Shown here piece after piece: positions 23,620 to 36,200 of a stretch of 53,178 bases of DNA (position 1 is the stretch's first letter; each line of letters opens with the position of its first letter). Location of the stretch: contig NW_003314465.1 of the NCBI RefSeq assembly GCF_000143415.4, positions 1 through 53,178 on the forward strand. The letters run 5' to 3'. The translations under genes were made by a program, and so were the position numbers. The notes beneath the pieces are model-generated. The model ran no database searches and had not been told where the DNA came from. It was given only the letters and a program-made list of their open reading frames with translations. Origin of the DNA: Selaginella moellendorffii (taxonomy: Eukaryota > Plantae > Lycopodiophyta).

Positions 23620-26033
23620 AGGCTGTGATTCGCAACAACATTGGTGTAGTTGAACAATCAGAGTTTCTTCTTTTAGGTGTAGGTGAAGGTGGACAACATT
23701 GGGATTTGCAACATTCCAAGTCAAAGGAGATTCGAGTTTTTGGATCTCCAATTAAAGTGCGAGGCTGCAATCCTGCCAAAGTGAATGTGAAGCAAGATTC
23801 GGTCGTCATCATTTCTTCCTATTCTAGTTCTAATGGAGATTTTAGTCTAGTGCAAGCTAAGAATTTCCAAACTCGAACTTCACTGATATTCAAAGTTGTT
23901 TGCAATGCTTTCCAGTTTTCGCACCTCTCTATTGTGTGTTCCTTTCTGGATAGGCCCGTTAGCGAGCTCCCATCTACATAAAATGGCAATATCTTCTTTG
24001 AACTACCACCTTTTGTCAGCTCAAAACAAAAGGGGATCGAGACGAAGCAAGACTTTCACAACTGGTGCAAGATTAAGACCACACATTTCCAGCATTTCAA
24101 AGGCACAGTGTCCATGGTTCATTGTGGTGGGTATTTGGATTGTGTGAATAAAGCATGCAATTGAGAGCGTGGTAAAAAACTCCATATTTTTTGAAGGATC
24201 TGCAACCAATCCTCTCATCTGTGACACCATTGGTGTTGGATTCAAGTGTCAGTTTTGCAAGAATGCTCCATTGTGTTGTGCCATCTACGGGGCCAAGATG
24301 TACTATTTTCTTCCATGGGATGGAGAGGCTGGTAGAGTTGCAGTACATATTGGCATGCACACACATCCAATGCAGGAAGGGATACAAAGGAGTTCAGTCA
24401 ACCGTTTCAAAGATGCAATGCAAATAGAGACTGTAAGAAACTCATCTGCAACTCTAAAGCATGTTCAAATGACAGTGTTTAAGGATTTTATCACAAGCAC
24501 TTTACTTGATCCGGACTGCAAGAATACTCAACTGGATGAGACTAGCTTGCGGGAGTTACTACGACATGTGCAACTTGCAACTAGCCTCAGGAGGTATGAA
24601 AATATTATTACATACTTTTCAATAATATCTCTCTTACATTTTGTTTTATTTAGGATAAAATCTTGGATGTGTGAATCTCAAGAGGGGAAACTCCAATAAA
24701 AAATCAACTCAATCCTTGAACTAAAATGGATTTATCCCTACGAGTTTATCCACCTTATCAAGCCAGATTTCCAATTAGCATTTAAAGAGTTGTGCAAACA
24801 ATGGCAGACTGTACCTTCTGAAGAAGAGCACAAGGCAAAAACAAACAAGATCTGAATGTGGTGGCATAAAAATAGCCATACTGACGTAAGTTGTCTACCA
24901 CAACTTGAGTCATGGTTGGGGTGGTGGGAAGTTAGAATGTTCCAATGGGGACATCACTCTTTTCAGATTGGTTTTTCATTTTTTCCTCTCTTTTTATTGC
25001 TTTTTAATATCATCTTTTTATAAGGATCAACTACTTAAAGATCTTGCATACACCCCAACTTTGAATCTCTCAGAGAGTAAATATTGGAGCTGGCATTCCT
25101 CTGAGGCAGGGAAAGGGAAAATGAGTTTATATGAAGCATGTCTATCAAATTTGATACACGTTGTAGAGCAGCCTTCAAAAGCCTTGGCATTTGAGGAAGG
25201 AAGATACATGGGAACAGGACTTTCGGTTGAGATGTTACAAGAAGAAAGTGACTCCACCAGCACAAACAGTGGCAACTGCAGTGGAGGAAGTGGTCTGTGG
25301 AACATCTATGGAGTACACTCCCCGGGCTTCTATTGGTGATATGAAGACTGTCCGCTCAAAGCGTCGCTTTTCCTTTGTTGGTGAAGATGTTAGCACAGAT
25401 CTTGGAGCAAAAAGCTCTCACAAGCTTGATGTTGAGTATCATTCTGCTCCAAGACATCACCCCCGAACCGAGCCACCTCAAGTGGCTGATGAAGAAAGTG
25501 CATCACAGCAAGTTGAAATTGCTTATCGTAGCATAGAGCTGAAGCAATGGGCAATCCATTGAGTGCCAGCAAAATCAAATGTAAGGTGTGTGGGGATGCT
25601 TCCGAGAGGCAAGTGTTGGGCTTGGATCCGTGGTGACAAGTCTGCTTCTATTCCAACCCCATATTTCTATGGGGAACGAAAGCAAGTAGAATTTTCAAGA
25701 TGGTGTTGGTTATATTGCTACAACATTGATGTCAACCATACAAAGTGGCTTGAAAACACTATAGAGACTAAACCTGATGCAGTACCTAAAGAATGACCGG
25801 TTGCTAATGGGGTTGCGCTCACCTCGGATGAGATTGAAAACCTTGAGAAATTTGGTTTTAATCTTGAAAGGTAAGGCAGTTAAATTTATTGGTACCATCT
25901 CCAAGTAGAAGCAAGGTAAAATAAACTTGGCTCAAACACTTGAGTATGAGATTCTCTCCACAAAGTACATCATTGCGTTTGCAAAGGAGTACATAGTCAA
26001 AACAAAAGGTGGAGAGTACATAATTGCCATTTA
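23620..26033 (+). pseudogene. Decayed Mutator-like transposase with GCM-type zinc domain (MuDRF-like)
   Basis: NGNIFFELPP..DFHNWCK..HCGGYLDCVNKAC, CQFC..CCA..RVAVHIGMHTHP, Trp-rich WLGWWEVR..QWG, and PTLNLSESKYWSW..KMSLYEAC (last catalytic E-type motif). Stops and frameshifts are present, and the DD core appears deleted. Confidence 0.55.
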
Positions 26034-26465
26034 AGACTTTCCAGAAATTCTAGACATTCAAGACATAATAGTCTTTTGGGTGCATGATGTTGCAATGTAT
26101 TATGAGAGCATATGTACTATCATAGTTGTTTTTTTTTTCCTTTCAAATGGTTATATGTCCTTATATATAATCTTAATTCAAATTTAATAATTTTAAAATT
26201 CTAATGAACCTGACATTTACTAGCTAGAAAGCACAGAGTACAAATTTAAAGAAGTGACAAGAATACTCTTTTTGCAAACATTTTATTTTATGTTCTAACA
26301 AACGTCTCTATCATTGCATGTAGTAAATATTTAAATTATTCAAACAAGAAGTGTCCTTTAGAACATTTTTATCTATATAATATATAAAGAGTTATGAAAT
26401 TATTAAGTTCACCATAACTTTAAAATTTTAAAGTTTATAATGTTTGTACTAAATTATAATTGAAA

Positions 26466-26534
26466 ATTGAGCTCAACTCATGAGCTCAACTGTTCAACTC
26501 GTGAGCTCAAGTATGGTCTGCGCTCTGGATCGGG
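26466..26534. repeat. Candidate DNA-transposon terminus with three TGAGCTCAA subterminal repeats
   Basis: tgagctcaa occurs three times and the segment ends ..ctggatcggg exactly where homology to 8603-8862 begins. No partner end was seen. Confidence 0.35.
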
Positions 26535-26761
26535 AAGTTATTAATTAATTTTGTTTTATTTCTAATCTAGATGTAATATAAAATAAATAAGGAAGTATAC
26601 AGTAACTTAAAAATGAATTTTGCTTACAGCATTATTTATTATATAGCTAGCAATATAATAATAATAATAAATAAATTTGCTCTAAATTATAAATAAATTA
26701 TAAGAAAATATGTCTCTGATATATTATTTTTCAATTATAGTTAATCACTTGGATCCCTTGG
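26535..26761 (+). repeat. Diverged direct copy of AT-rich segment 8603-8862
   Basis: Shared ttctaatctagatgtaatata..ataaggaagta and tatagttaatcacttggatcccttgg. Confidence 0.85.
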
Positions 26762-26768
26762 ATCACTT

Positions 26769-28145
26769 GAGCTGATTTTCTCAATGTTATTTAGAAACCA
26801 AAGTACTTGATCATTGATCTTGAATTCTTTATTTTTCTTTAATTTTCTCTTTTAGTTATGGTTGAATTTTCTTCAAGCTTAAATGGCTTTGAGTGTCTAA
26901 ATTGCTTATAGTCTTTCTTTATCAAGTTTTTCTAGTGTGATTAGTTTTTTTTTAATTGATTCTTCTTGGTTGATCTCGTAGTGTATTGCCATTCACAATG
27001 AACGACGATGTACTTGAGTGGTGTTAGGGCTTCTAAGTCATAAACAAGCTTGAATAATGTCGAATTTGTTGAAACCTTGTATGTTGTTCAATATACCCAT
27101 AAGGTATTGTAAATATGATTGTCCCAATCTTTCTAATTTGTTTTTATGATTTTCTTAAGGATGTTCTTAAGTGTCTTGTTTGTCAACTCTGTTTAACCAT
27201 TGCCTTGAGGGTAGTATGGTGTTAAAACCTTATGCTTGTTTACCTTGAAGCTTGTTATGAGAAGTCAAGTCCTTATCGTTAAAATGGTTCCAGTGGTGTT
27301 GTTAGATAAAGCTCTTAAATTTGTTTCTTTGATGTGTACTTGGTTTGTTGACAAATGTTGCATTCTTGACAAAATTTTACTAAGTTATGCCAAAGTGTTA
27401 GCCACCAGAGTCCTACTTGCAAAATCTTGTGAGCTGTGATTTCTTCTGTGAAGTGGCCTCTTGCTTGTCCATAATGGGCTTCTCCAAGTAGATCTTGAGT
27501 TCTTCAAGTTGTACACATCTTCGTAGCACATTGTCTCGTCCTTTTTTGTACAATCCTCCTCCCACGACTGAATACCTCAAGGCAAATTGTTTACGGTGAT
27601 TAGAGATGGAGTATCGATTTGGAATTATTGTTGTTATTAGGTAGTAGTAGATGTCATTCGTCCATGTTGATGATGTGTGGATGCAAAGTATGTTGGAGTC
27701 AGGAAAGCCGTCCATATTATATTTTAGTTGTTCACTAGTTGTAATGTAGCTAAGGTGGTTGGTTTATACATGTTGTTTGCCAGGTTTGTGAATAATCTTG
27801 AAGTTGTATTCTTGAAGTAATAAGAACCATTAGGCAATTCTACTGGTGAAGATGGTCTTGTTGAGGAGATGTAAAAGTGCTTTGTAGTTAACAATGATCT
27901 TGACTTTGGTGCCAAGTAGGTAGTGTCAAAACTTTTATAGTGCATAGACCATTGCTAAAACTTCTTTTTTAGTGGTGGTGTAGTTCATCTCAGCTGAGTT
28001 GAGTCTTCAGCTCGCATAATAAATTGGTCGGTTTTATTGTTGTTGAGAAAGTATTGCTCTGATGGCATAATCAAAGGTGTCAATGTGTATTGAAGTCTTT
28101 GTCCCAGTTTGGTTGGGCAAGTATTGGAGCCCTTGTTAAGGAATT
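26769..28145 (-). pseudogene. Degenerate gypsy pol remnant, copy B
   Basis: Homologous to 1510-2881. Confidence 0.85.
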
Positions 28146-31100
28146 TGTTAGGAACCCCCCAATTCTTGCCACATTCCTGACTCTCGCCAAATTCCTGACC
28201 CACAGACCACATTCCTGACTCTCAAGACACGACCACATTCCTGACTCTTAAGACACTTCCCTATTCCTGACTCTTTGATTTCCTGTATGATTCCTGATTC
28301 TCGGACCACATTGCTGATGATGATGTGGCACCTCCTCGACCTCAGTTATATTTAGACTGTCCTCGATCCAAGAGTGCTAAAGCTTCATCAACCTATAGTA
28401 TATATAGGTTAGCCTTGTTCCATTTCTTCACAATATGAATCAACATTAGTCTAAGGCCTTTTCTTCATCTCCACTAGCTTTTCTCTTTGTCTTTTGCATT
28501 TTCCAGTCCTGATCTTATTAGGGGTCTTGACAGTTTGATTCAAATTGTGCTTTCTGCTTTTGTTTTAGCTCATTTTGATTGTTTGATTGCATTTGCCTTT
28601 TTCCCCCTTTTCTTTCTTCTTTGCTGATGGAGTCTCTAAGCCATCTTGATTTCTTTGCCGAAGTCCTTGCAAAAATCCAGTATGAGAATACCGAGCTAAA
28701 GGCAACCCTTCTTCACATGCAACAGAAGCTTGCTTCACTTTCGGCTCAAGGATCAAGCAGAGTTCCTGAACCAAAGATGAGTTTCCCGGCGATGTTCTCA
28801 AGCAAGCGTTTGGAGCTTCGCAGATTCCTGAACCAGATGGAGCTGATCTTTGCACTTCAATATCGGTGGTACCCCACTCTCGAGTCTCAAATCGGCACGA
28901 TCGGGACATTGGTCAAAGGTGCAGCTTTGTCATGGTTTTCTCCTCTCCTGGAGAAGAGCATGAAAGGGGTCATGGTTCTGGAGCTGATGGATCTTCAGTT
29001 GTTCAAAGAGGATCTTGAAGCATGTTTTGGTGAGATAGATTGGGTTTGGGCTACCACCACAAAGATGAGACATCTCTCTCAGGGGTCTCATCTTGCCTCA
29101 ATCTATGCTACAGAGTTCCAACTCCTTGCCTTGGATACTCAATGGGATGAGTGGGCCTTGATTGATCAATTTCGTTTTGGCCTCAACAATAGTGTCAAGG
29201 ATTTGTTGCTCACCATGGAGGATCCCACAGACTTGTCGGATGCCATCAACAAAGCTATTTGATGCGATAATCATCTCTTTGAACGTTGTTAAGAAAGTCA
29301 CCACACCACCGTTTTCCCGTCCCAGACTCAGGAATCCCAGCTTGAGTCTTTGGGGCATACTCCTGAACCTACTACTCCAGTCCTAATGGATATTTCTGGT
29401 ACTCCCCGACTCATCAGAGGGAAGCTAAATCCTGCTGAGAAGCAAAGTCGAGTATCTTAGAATCTTTGCCTCTACTGTGCCGATCCTAATCACTAAGCAG
29501 TTGTGTGTCCTAAGAAGCCTCCCTGATTGCTTGAGTTCACTTTGCCTTAAGGTCCACCTCTATTGCAGTCAGGAAACGACCTTGTCTAAACAGAGTAGGA
29601 GCTGTCTATTTGAACTCCCCGAATAAAAACAACTTTTCTTCTTTATCAAACTCCTCACCACCTTTCATCAAAGCCACCACCAATTCCCGCAACTTTCGCA
29701 TCCTATGTCTCCTTTCTTTCACCGAACAATCAAGACTCAAGGCTCTAGCGCTACTGGACTTGAGTGTAACTTCTTGCTTCATGGACACGGACTTTGCTGC
29801 CCGACATTATGTTCCTCTTTCTCCTACCATACGGGATATGAGGGTTGAAGGCATTGGGAAGCAATTTGTGTCTCCATCTTTTGGACTTAGGGAAACATTG
29901 CCCGTTTGAGTACATATTGGGTCCACCGTCACTGATATCGCCTTCAACATCATCAACAACAAGTCTTCCTCTGTGGTGCTCGGCCTTCCTTGGTTCCAAC
30001 TGCACCAGCCTCAGATCTATTGGAAGGAATTACAGCTTGTTTCTCCCACATCAGCATCTCCCATGTCTTCCCCTATTGTTCATCAAGTCCAAATCAGGAA
30101 AAGTTCCCTAAACTCAAATTGGGGTTTTGTTCCTAACTCTACAAAGTTTTCACCCTCTTATTTTCCCTCTCTTCCATCTTACATTGAATAGTATCCTTGT
30201 CCCATCATTCCATTCAGTCATACACCTCCTCCTATTTCCACAATCACTATGAAAGAACTCCTTCATAAAAAACCTATTTTCCTTTTTGCTTTGCATGTTT
30301 CTCTTGTCAGTCTTTCTGAGAAGTATCATGATTTTGGGAATGTGTTTGACAAGAAAAAAGCTAGTGTACTATCTGTTCATCGGCCTTATGACTGTCCTAT
30401 TGATTTACAGGAAGGAGCATCACCTTCGTGGGGGCCTATCTACAGATTATCCCCGTTCGAGTTTAAAGCCTTTGTAAGCAACCAAAGGGAACGATTCGAG
30501 ACATAGTCCATGGGGTTCAAATATAGAGGAAAAGGGCCCATGAACAATAGTGCACCCCCTTCTCGAATCGGTTAAGGGTCTTGGGATATTTTGGGTTAAG
30601 CGTCCTTGGGTTTGAATAGTACTGGGTTGGGTGACCTCCCGGGAAGTCGAAACTTAGGAGTTTACAGCCCTCAAAGAGTACATGGACGAGAACCTTGCAT
30701 CGGGGTACATTCAGCATTCGCAATCCCTGGCTGGAGCACCTATTTTCTTTGTCAAGAAGAAGCATGGGAGTTTGCGGTTAGTCATCGACTACTGAGGTTT
30801 GAACAAGGTGACTGTTCGGAACCATTATCTTTGGAATGCCTCGGTGGTGTGCACTTCTTCACCAAGATTCACCTTTGTGGAGCATACAACCTGATCCAGA
30901 TCCGGCCTAGCGATGAATGGAAGACTGCATTCTGAACCCGCTATGGCCACTTCGAGTACACGGTCATACCCTTTGGCTTGACAAATGCTCCAGAAATTTT
31001 CCAACATATGGCGAACGACATCTTTCGGGAGTTTCTTGATGTGATGGTGATCGTCTACCTCGACGACATCCTCATCTACTCAAAAATTTAGGAGGAGCAC

Positions 31101-33191
31101 GACGAGCATGTGCACAAGGTGCTAGTGAAGCTGTGGGAACATGGCCTATACGCAAAGCTTGAGAAATGTTCCTTCAATCAGGAGTCTGTGGAGTTCCTTG
31201 GGTACATTGTCACTCCTGAGGGTATCACGATGGATCCTGCCAAAGTCAAGACTATTCTCGAATGGGAGCCTCCACAATCAATGTTAGACGTTCAGGTTTT
31301 TCTTGGCTTCACCAATTTTTACCGCAAATTCATTGATCACTACTCCGACATTGTCCTTCCTCTCACGCATCTCACTCGCAAGGATGTTCCCTTCTCTTGG
31401 TTTGCTGCTGCCCAGCAGGCCTTCGACACACTCAAGGTGGCCTTCAGTTCTGCTCCCGTCTTGATCCACGCTGATCCCTCACAACCTTTCTTCATCAAGG
31501 CAGATGCCTCCGACTTTGCCATTGGTGCTGTGCTATCTCAACTCGGAGCAGATCAGCTCCTTGCCATTGTGGATTCCTTTAGAAAGTGGCATCATTTCTT
31601 GGAGGGGGCGAGCCATCAAACAATGGTGTAGACGGATCACAAAAATCTGGAGTACTTTGCCACTTCCCGAGTTTTGAGCTGTCGTCAGGCAAGGTGGGCA
31701 CAATTCTTGAGTCAGTTTGACTTTGTTATCAAGTACAAACCTAAAAAGCTTTAGGGCCTTCCTGATGCTCTTTCAAGGCACTCCTATCTCAGTCTCAGAC
31801 TTGGTAATCCTGCTTTTGATCAACAGGATCAAGTTATCCTTGGTCCTGATCTTCTTCAAGTTATGGCAATTTCCCTGGCCCCTCAGGACTCCTCCTTGAT
31901 GGACACGATCAGAAATGATCTTCAATCTGATGACCTCGCCAGTGACATTTTCCCCCATCTTTAGGCTGGACATCCAATGACTCCCGATTGCCGGCGATTT
32001 GACAAATTCGAGTTTTTAGATGGTTTGTTGTACCGTGGGGAGTAGATTTACATTGCTGAAGGTGATGCTCGAAGGTTGGTCCTGATGGCATGCCACGATA
32101 GCCCAACTGCTGGTCATTTTGGCATTGCGAAAACCTATGAGCTAGTTGCACGGGACTTTTGGTGGCCTCACATGGACAATTACATCAAAGCTTTTGTTAC
32201 TTCTTGTGACACTTGTGCCCGGAATAAGGTACCTTGCCACTTTCCTTTAGGTTTGCTTCATTCCTTCCTGGTCCCTTCAGGTCCTTGGGAATCCATCTCA
32301 ATGGATTTCTTGAGTGATCTTCCAAGTTCTGGAGGCTTCAACAACATTTTAGTCGTGGTGGATTGCTTCACAAAGATGGCACACTTCCTGCCCCGTAGGT
32401 GGACGATGATGGGAGTTGTAGCACCGTTGTTGTCCCATTTGTACGCAGCCTAAGTGTTCGGCAGACTCTGCTCGAACAAGTGGAAGAATGCTCGTCAAAT
32501 ACTGATCCCATGATCTAGCATCGGCAACTCGTGGCATTCGCGAAGGTAAACCCAGCTCCATTGGTAATATTGCATCATGACCATATAGAAGTTTATATGG
32601 TGAAGCACCAATAGAACTCTGCACCCCTGTAACATATGCATACCAAAGAGACAGCAAATAACCATCCCAATCTGAATGCTGAAAGTTCACATACTTGTCA
32701 ATCATCCCTTTGAATGTCCAAACAAGCCGTTCCACCAGACCGTCCTCCCTGATTTAATCTCTCACTTCCTTCTCTATCCGAATCCTCTCGTTCAAATCCC
32801 TGCTTTGAGGCATTTATCTCTAACCTCTAGGAAATCCATAACTCCATCTCCTTCCACCTTCATTGTGCTCAAGAATCTCACAAAACACTCACCAATGTCC
32901 ATCGTCAGGATTGTCCCTTTTACAATATCGGGGATATCCTTAGGTGAAATATCTCCACCACCAGGCTATGTCCCAAACTCGATTTCAAATGCCTTGGTCC
33001 TTTCCTTATCATTGCCATCATTAATCCTGTCATTTATCACCTTGCACTTCCCTCCTCATATCAAATTCACCCCGTTTTTCACTCCTCTCTCCTTGAGCCT
33101 TATATACCCAGTCCTATTCCAAATCGAGTCATTCCTCCACCTCCCCAGTGCAGCTTGAAGATGGGTCTGAGTACAAGGTTCAGGACATCCT
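28146..33191 (+). mobile_element. Tcn1-like chromovirus, copy B (LTR 28146-28532), truncated in the chromodomain
   Basis: Homologous to 2882-7717; retains the gag N-terminus (ATG 28627) that is deleted in copy A. Confidence 0.9.
30473..30666. mobile_element. 194-bp solo LTR, copy B
   Basis: tgtaagc..gtttaca with TSD gcctt/gccct. Confidence 0.88.
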
Positions 33192-33258
33192 CACCGAGCC
33201 TCATTAGTTGTTATTCTTAGCATTCAAGTATGTTAAGAAATATATTAGAATATACATT

Positions 33259-36200
33259 TGTGAGTGCTTGGAATATGGAAAGGGAATACAGAAATGTGCA
33301 TATCAATTAGCCCATAAACCCTAGCCTATATACAGGAGCAAGTGGTCCAGATTAAAACCAATCCGACGGCTACCAAAATCCCACTACACTAATATCAGTA
33401 TATGGCATCGTAACCGTACACTTTGCCCTCACATCATCCCATCCTCTCGGGATAATGGAAGACCATCAGGGTTCTCTTGAAGATGGGCCGGGAGCTGGAG
33501 GAACGTCAGGAGGAGGCATCAGTGGATCTGTAGGTGGTATTAACTCCTCCTGATCCCTTTGTACGAAGCGTTTCAGCCGCTGCACATGCACAATCTCTGG
33601 AGGATCGGCCTGCTGAACGTCATGCCGAACCTCATAAACTTGTGGTCCAACTTGCCACAACACCCGATATGGTCCTTTCCATTGCGCAAGAAGCCTCTTA
33701 GATAAACCATGTACCGTAAGATGGGGAAAACGGACTAACACCAAATCATCCACTTTGTACTCCGCAGGTGGACGATGATGGAAGTTATAGCGCCGTTGTT
33801 GTCCCACTTGTACGCGGCCTAAGTGTTCGGCAGACTCTGCTCGAACAAGTGGAAGAATGCTCGTCAAATACTGATCCCATGATCTAGCATCGGCAGCTCG
33901 TGGCAATCGCAAAGGTAAACCCAGCTCCATTGGTAATATTGGATCATGACCATATAGAAGTTTATATGGTGAAGCACCAACATAACTTTGCACCCCTGTA
34001 ACATATGCATACCGAAGAGACGGCAAATAACCATCCCAATCCAAATGCTGAAAGTTCACATACTTCACAATCATCCCTTTGAATGTCCGAACAAGCCGTT
34101 CCACCAGACTGTCTGATTGTGGATGATAAGCACTCGTAAAAGTGTGGCGTATCCCCAACCGAGATGTCAAAACATGAAATACCTCAGCCATAAATGCGGG
34201 ACCATTATCCAAAAGAATCCGCTCTGGACAAGAATGCTGGAACACCACTCGATTGAGGAGGAAGTATCCAACAGCAGTTGCAGAGGCGCTAGCAAGAGCA
34301 CCAACTTCCACCCAACAAGTCAAGTAGTCAGAAGCAATAATAATATACTCATTGCCAGCAGTTGACCATGGAAAAGGTCCCATAAGATCAAACGCCACTA
34401 ACTCAAACAGACGGGAAACCACAATTGACTCCAACCATCCTTCTGCAGCACGAGGGGGAGTATTACGAGCTTGGCACCAAACGTAGCTACGCACATACAG
34501 GATAATATCACGTCGCATCTCCGGCCAATAGAAAGACCTGCGCAGCTTCTCGGTGACACGACGGTGTCCCATATGCCCACCAAGAACANNNNNNNNNNNN
34601 NNNNNNNNNNNNNNNNNNNNNNNNNNNNNNNNNNNNNNNNNNNNNNNNNNNNNNNNNNNNNNNNNNNNNNNNNNNNNNNNNNNNNNNNNNNNNNNNNNNN
34701 NNNNNNNNNNNNNNNNNNNNNNNNNNNNNNNNNNNNNNNNNCGTCAAGGACAGCAACCGCCGACGGCACAGAATCCTCATCTAGAAAATCCACAGGTGCT
34801 GGAACAACAGGTTCGTCAGAAACATGAGAAGTGAGTGGAAAAGGAAGAGGAGCTCGAGAAAGGGCATCAGCATCAACCATAGAACTCCCTGGGCGATGAA
34901 CAACATCAAAATCATATATCTGAAGCTTCAAAGCCCATCAAGCCGTACGACCAACCAGGTTTTTCTGCTTTAATAATGAAGTAACAGTAGCATGGTCACC
35001 TTCAAGTAACGTTCGAGAACCATGTAGATATGCATGAAGTTTCTCGAAACCCCAGACTGCTGCTAAACACTCCTTCTCCGTCATGGAGTAGTTCATCTCC
35101 GCTGGTTGTAATGTACAGCTTATATATGCAATGGGATGGTGCTGACCAGACACACTTGAGCTCTCTTGCATCAACACACCTCCAAGACCAATGTCAGAAG
35201 CATCCACGTGCAAAATAAAAGGTCAAGTGTAGTCAGGATACGCCAAAACCGGAGGAGTTGTCAATAGCTCTTTGAGATCCACGAACGCCCGCTCACAATC
35301 CGAAGACCAGATGAAAGATGACGTGGATGACTTCAGCAACGCTCGCAATGGTGTAGTGTGATCAAAAAGATGATCCACAAAACGACCAAGATACTGCACC
35401 TTATCCAAAAAGCGTTGCACATCATTCACACACTTCGGAGTAGGGAACTTTAGAACAGCCACAATTTTGTCAGGATCAACTTGCAAACCCTCACGAGAAA
35501 TACGGTACCCAAGATAAGTTGTGTCCTTGGACCCAAACATATACTTTGACCGCTTCAGCTTTAAACCAACGTCGTGTAACTGATCCAACACTTTACAAAC
35601 ATCACGAACGTGCTCCTCCCACGTCCCCTCCGAGTGGATCAAGACATCATCAATGAAGTCAGAAGTCACCTCTGGCATATCGCAAAGAACCTCGTCCATC
35701 ATCCATTGGAAAGTTGCTGGAGCATTGTTCAAACCAAACGGCATCACCAAGAACTCATACAAACCAAATGGTGTACGAAAAGCAATCTTAGGAATATCTT
35801 CTTCAGCCATCGGTACTTGCCAATACCCAGAAGGAAGATCTAGCTTGGTGAACCAACGACTTCGCCCCAGACGATCCAAGAGATCAGCAGTATGTGGAAG
35901 AGGATACACATCTGGGATCGTCACTTCGTTTAACGGACGATAGTCGATGTAGAAACGAATACTCCCATCAGGCTTCGTCACAAGATGAGGTTCACATGCC
36001 CAAGGACTCCGCGACTTCCGAATAACACCCTTCTCCAGCATTTCCTTGACATTTGCTCGTAAAATCTTGATCTCCTTAGGTGACCGACGACAAACAGGAA
36101 CCTTGATTGGACGAGCATCCCCGGTTGGAATCGGATGACATGTGGCAATCTTGGCCCCAGACGATAGGTCAAATTCAAATAGATCAGAATACTCCTTCAT

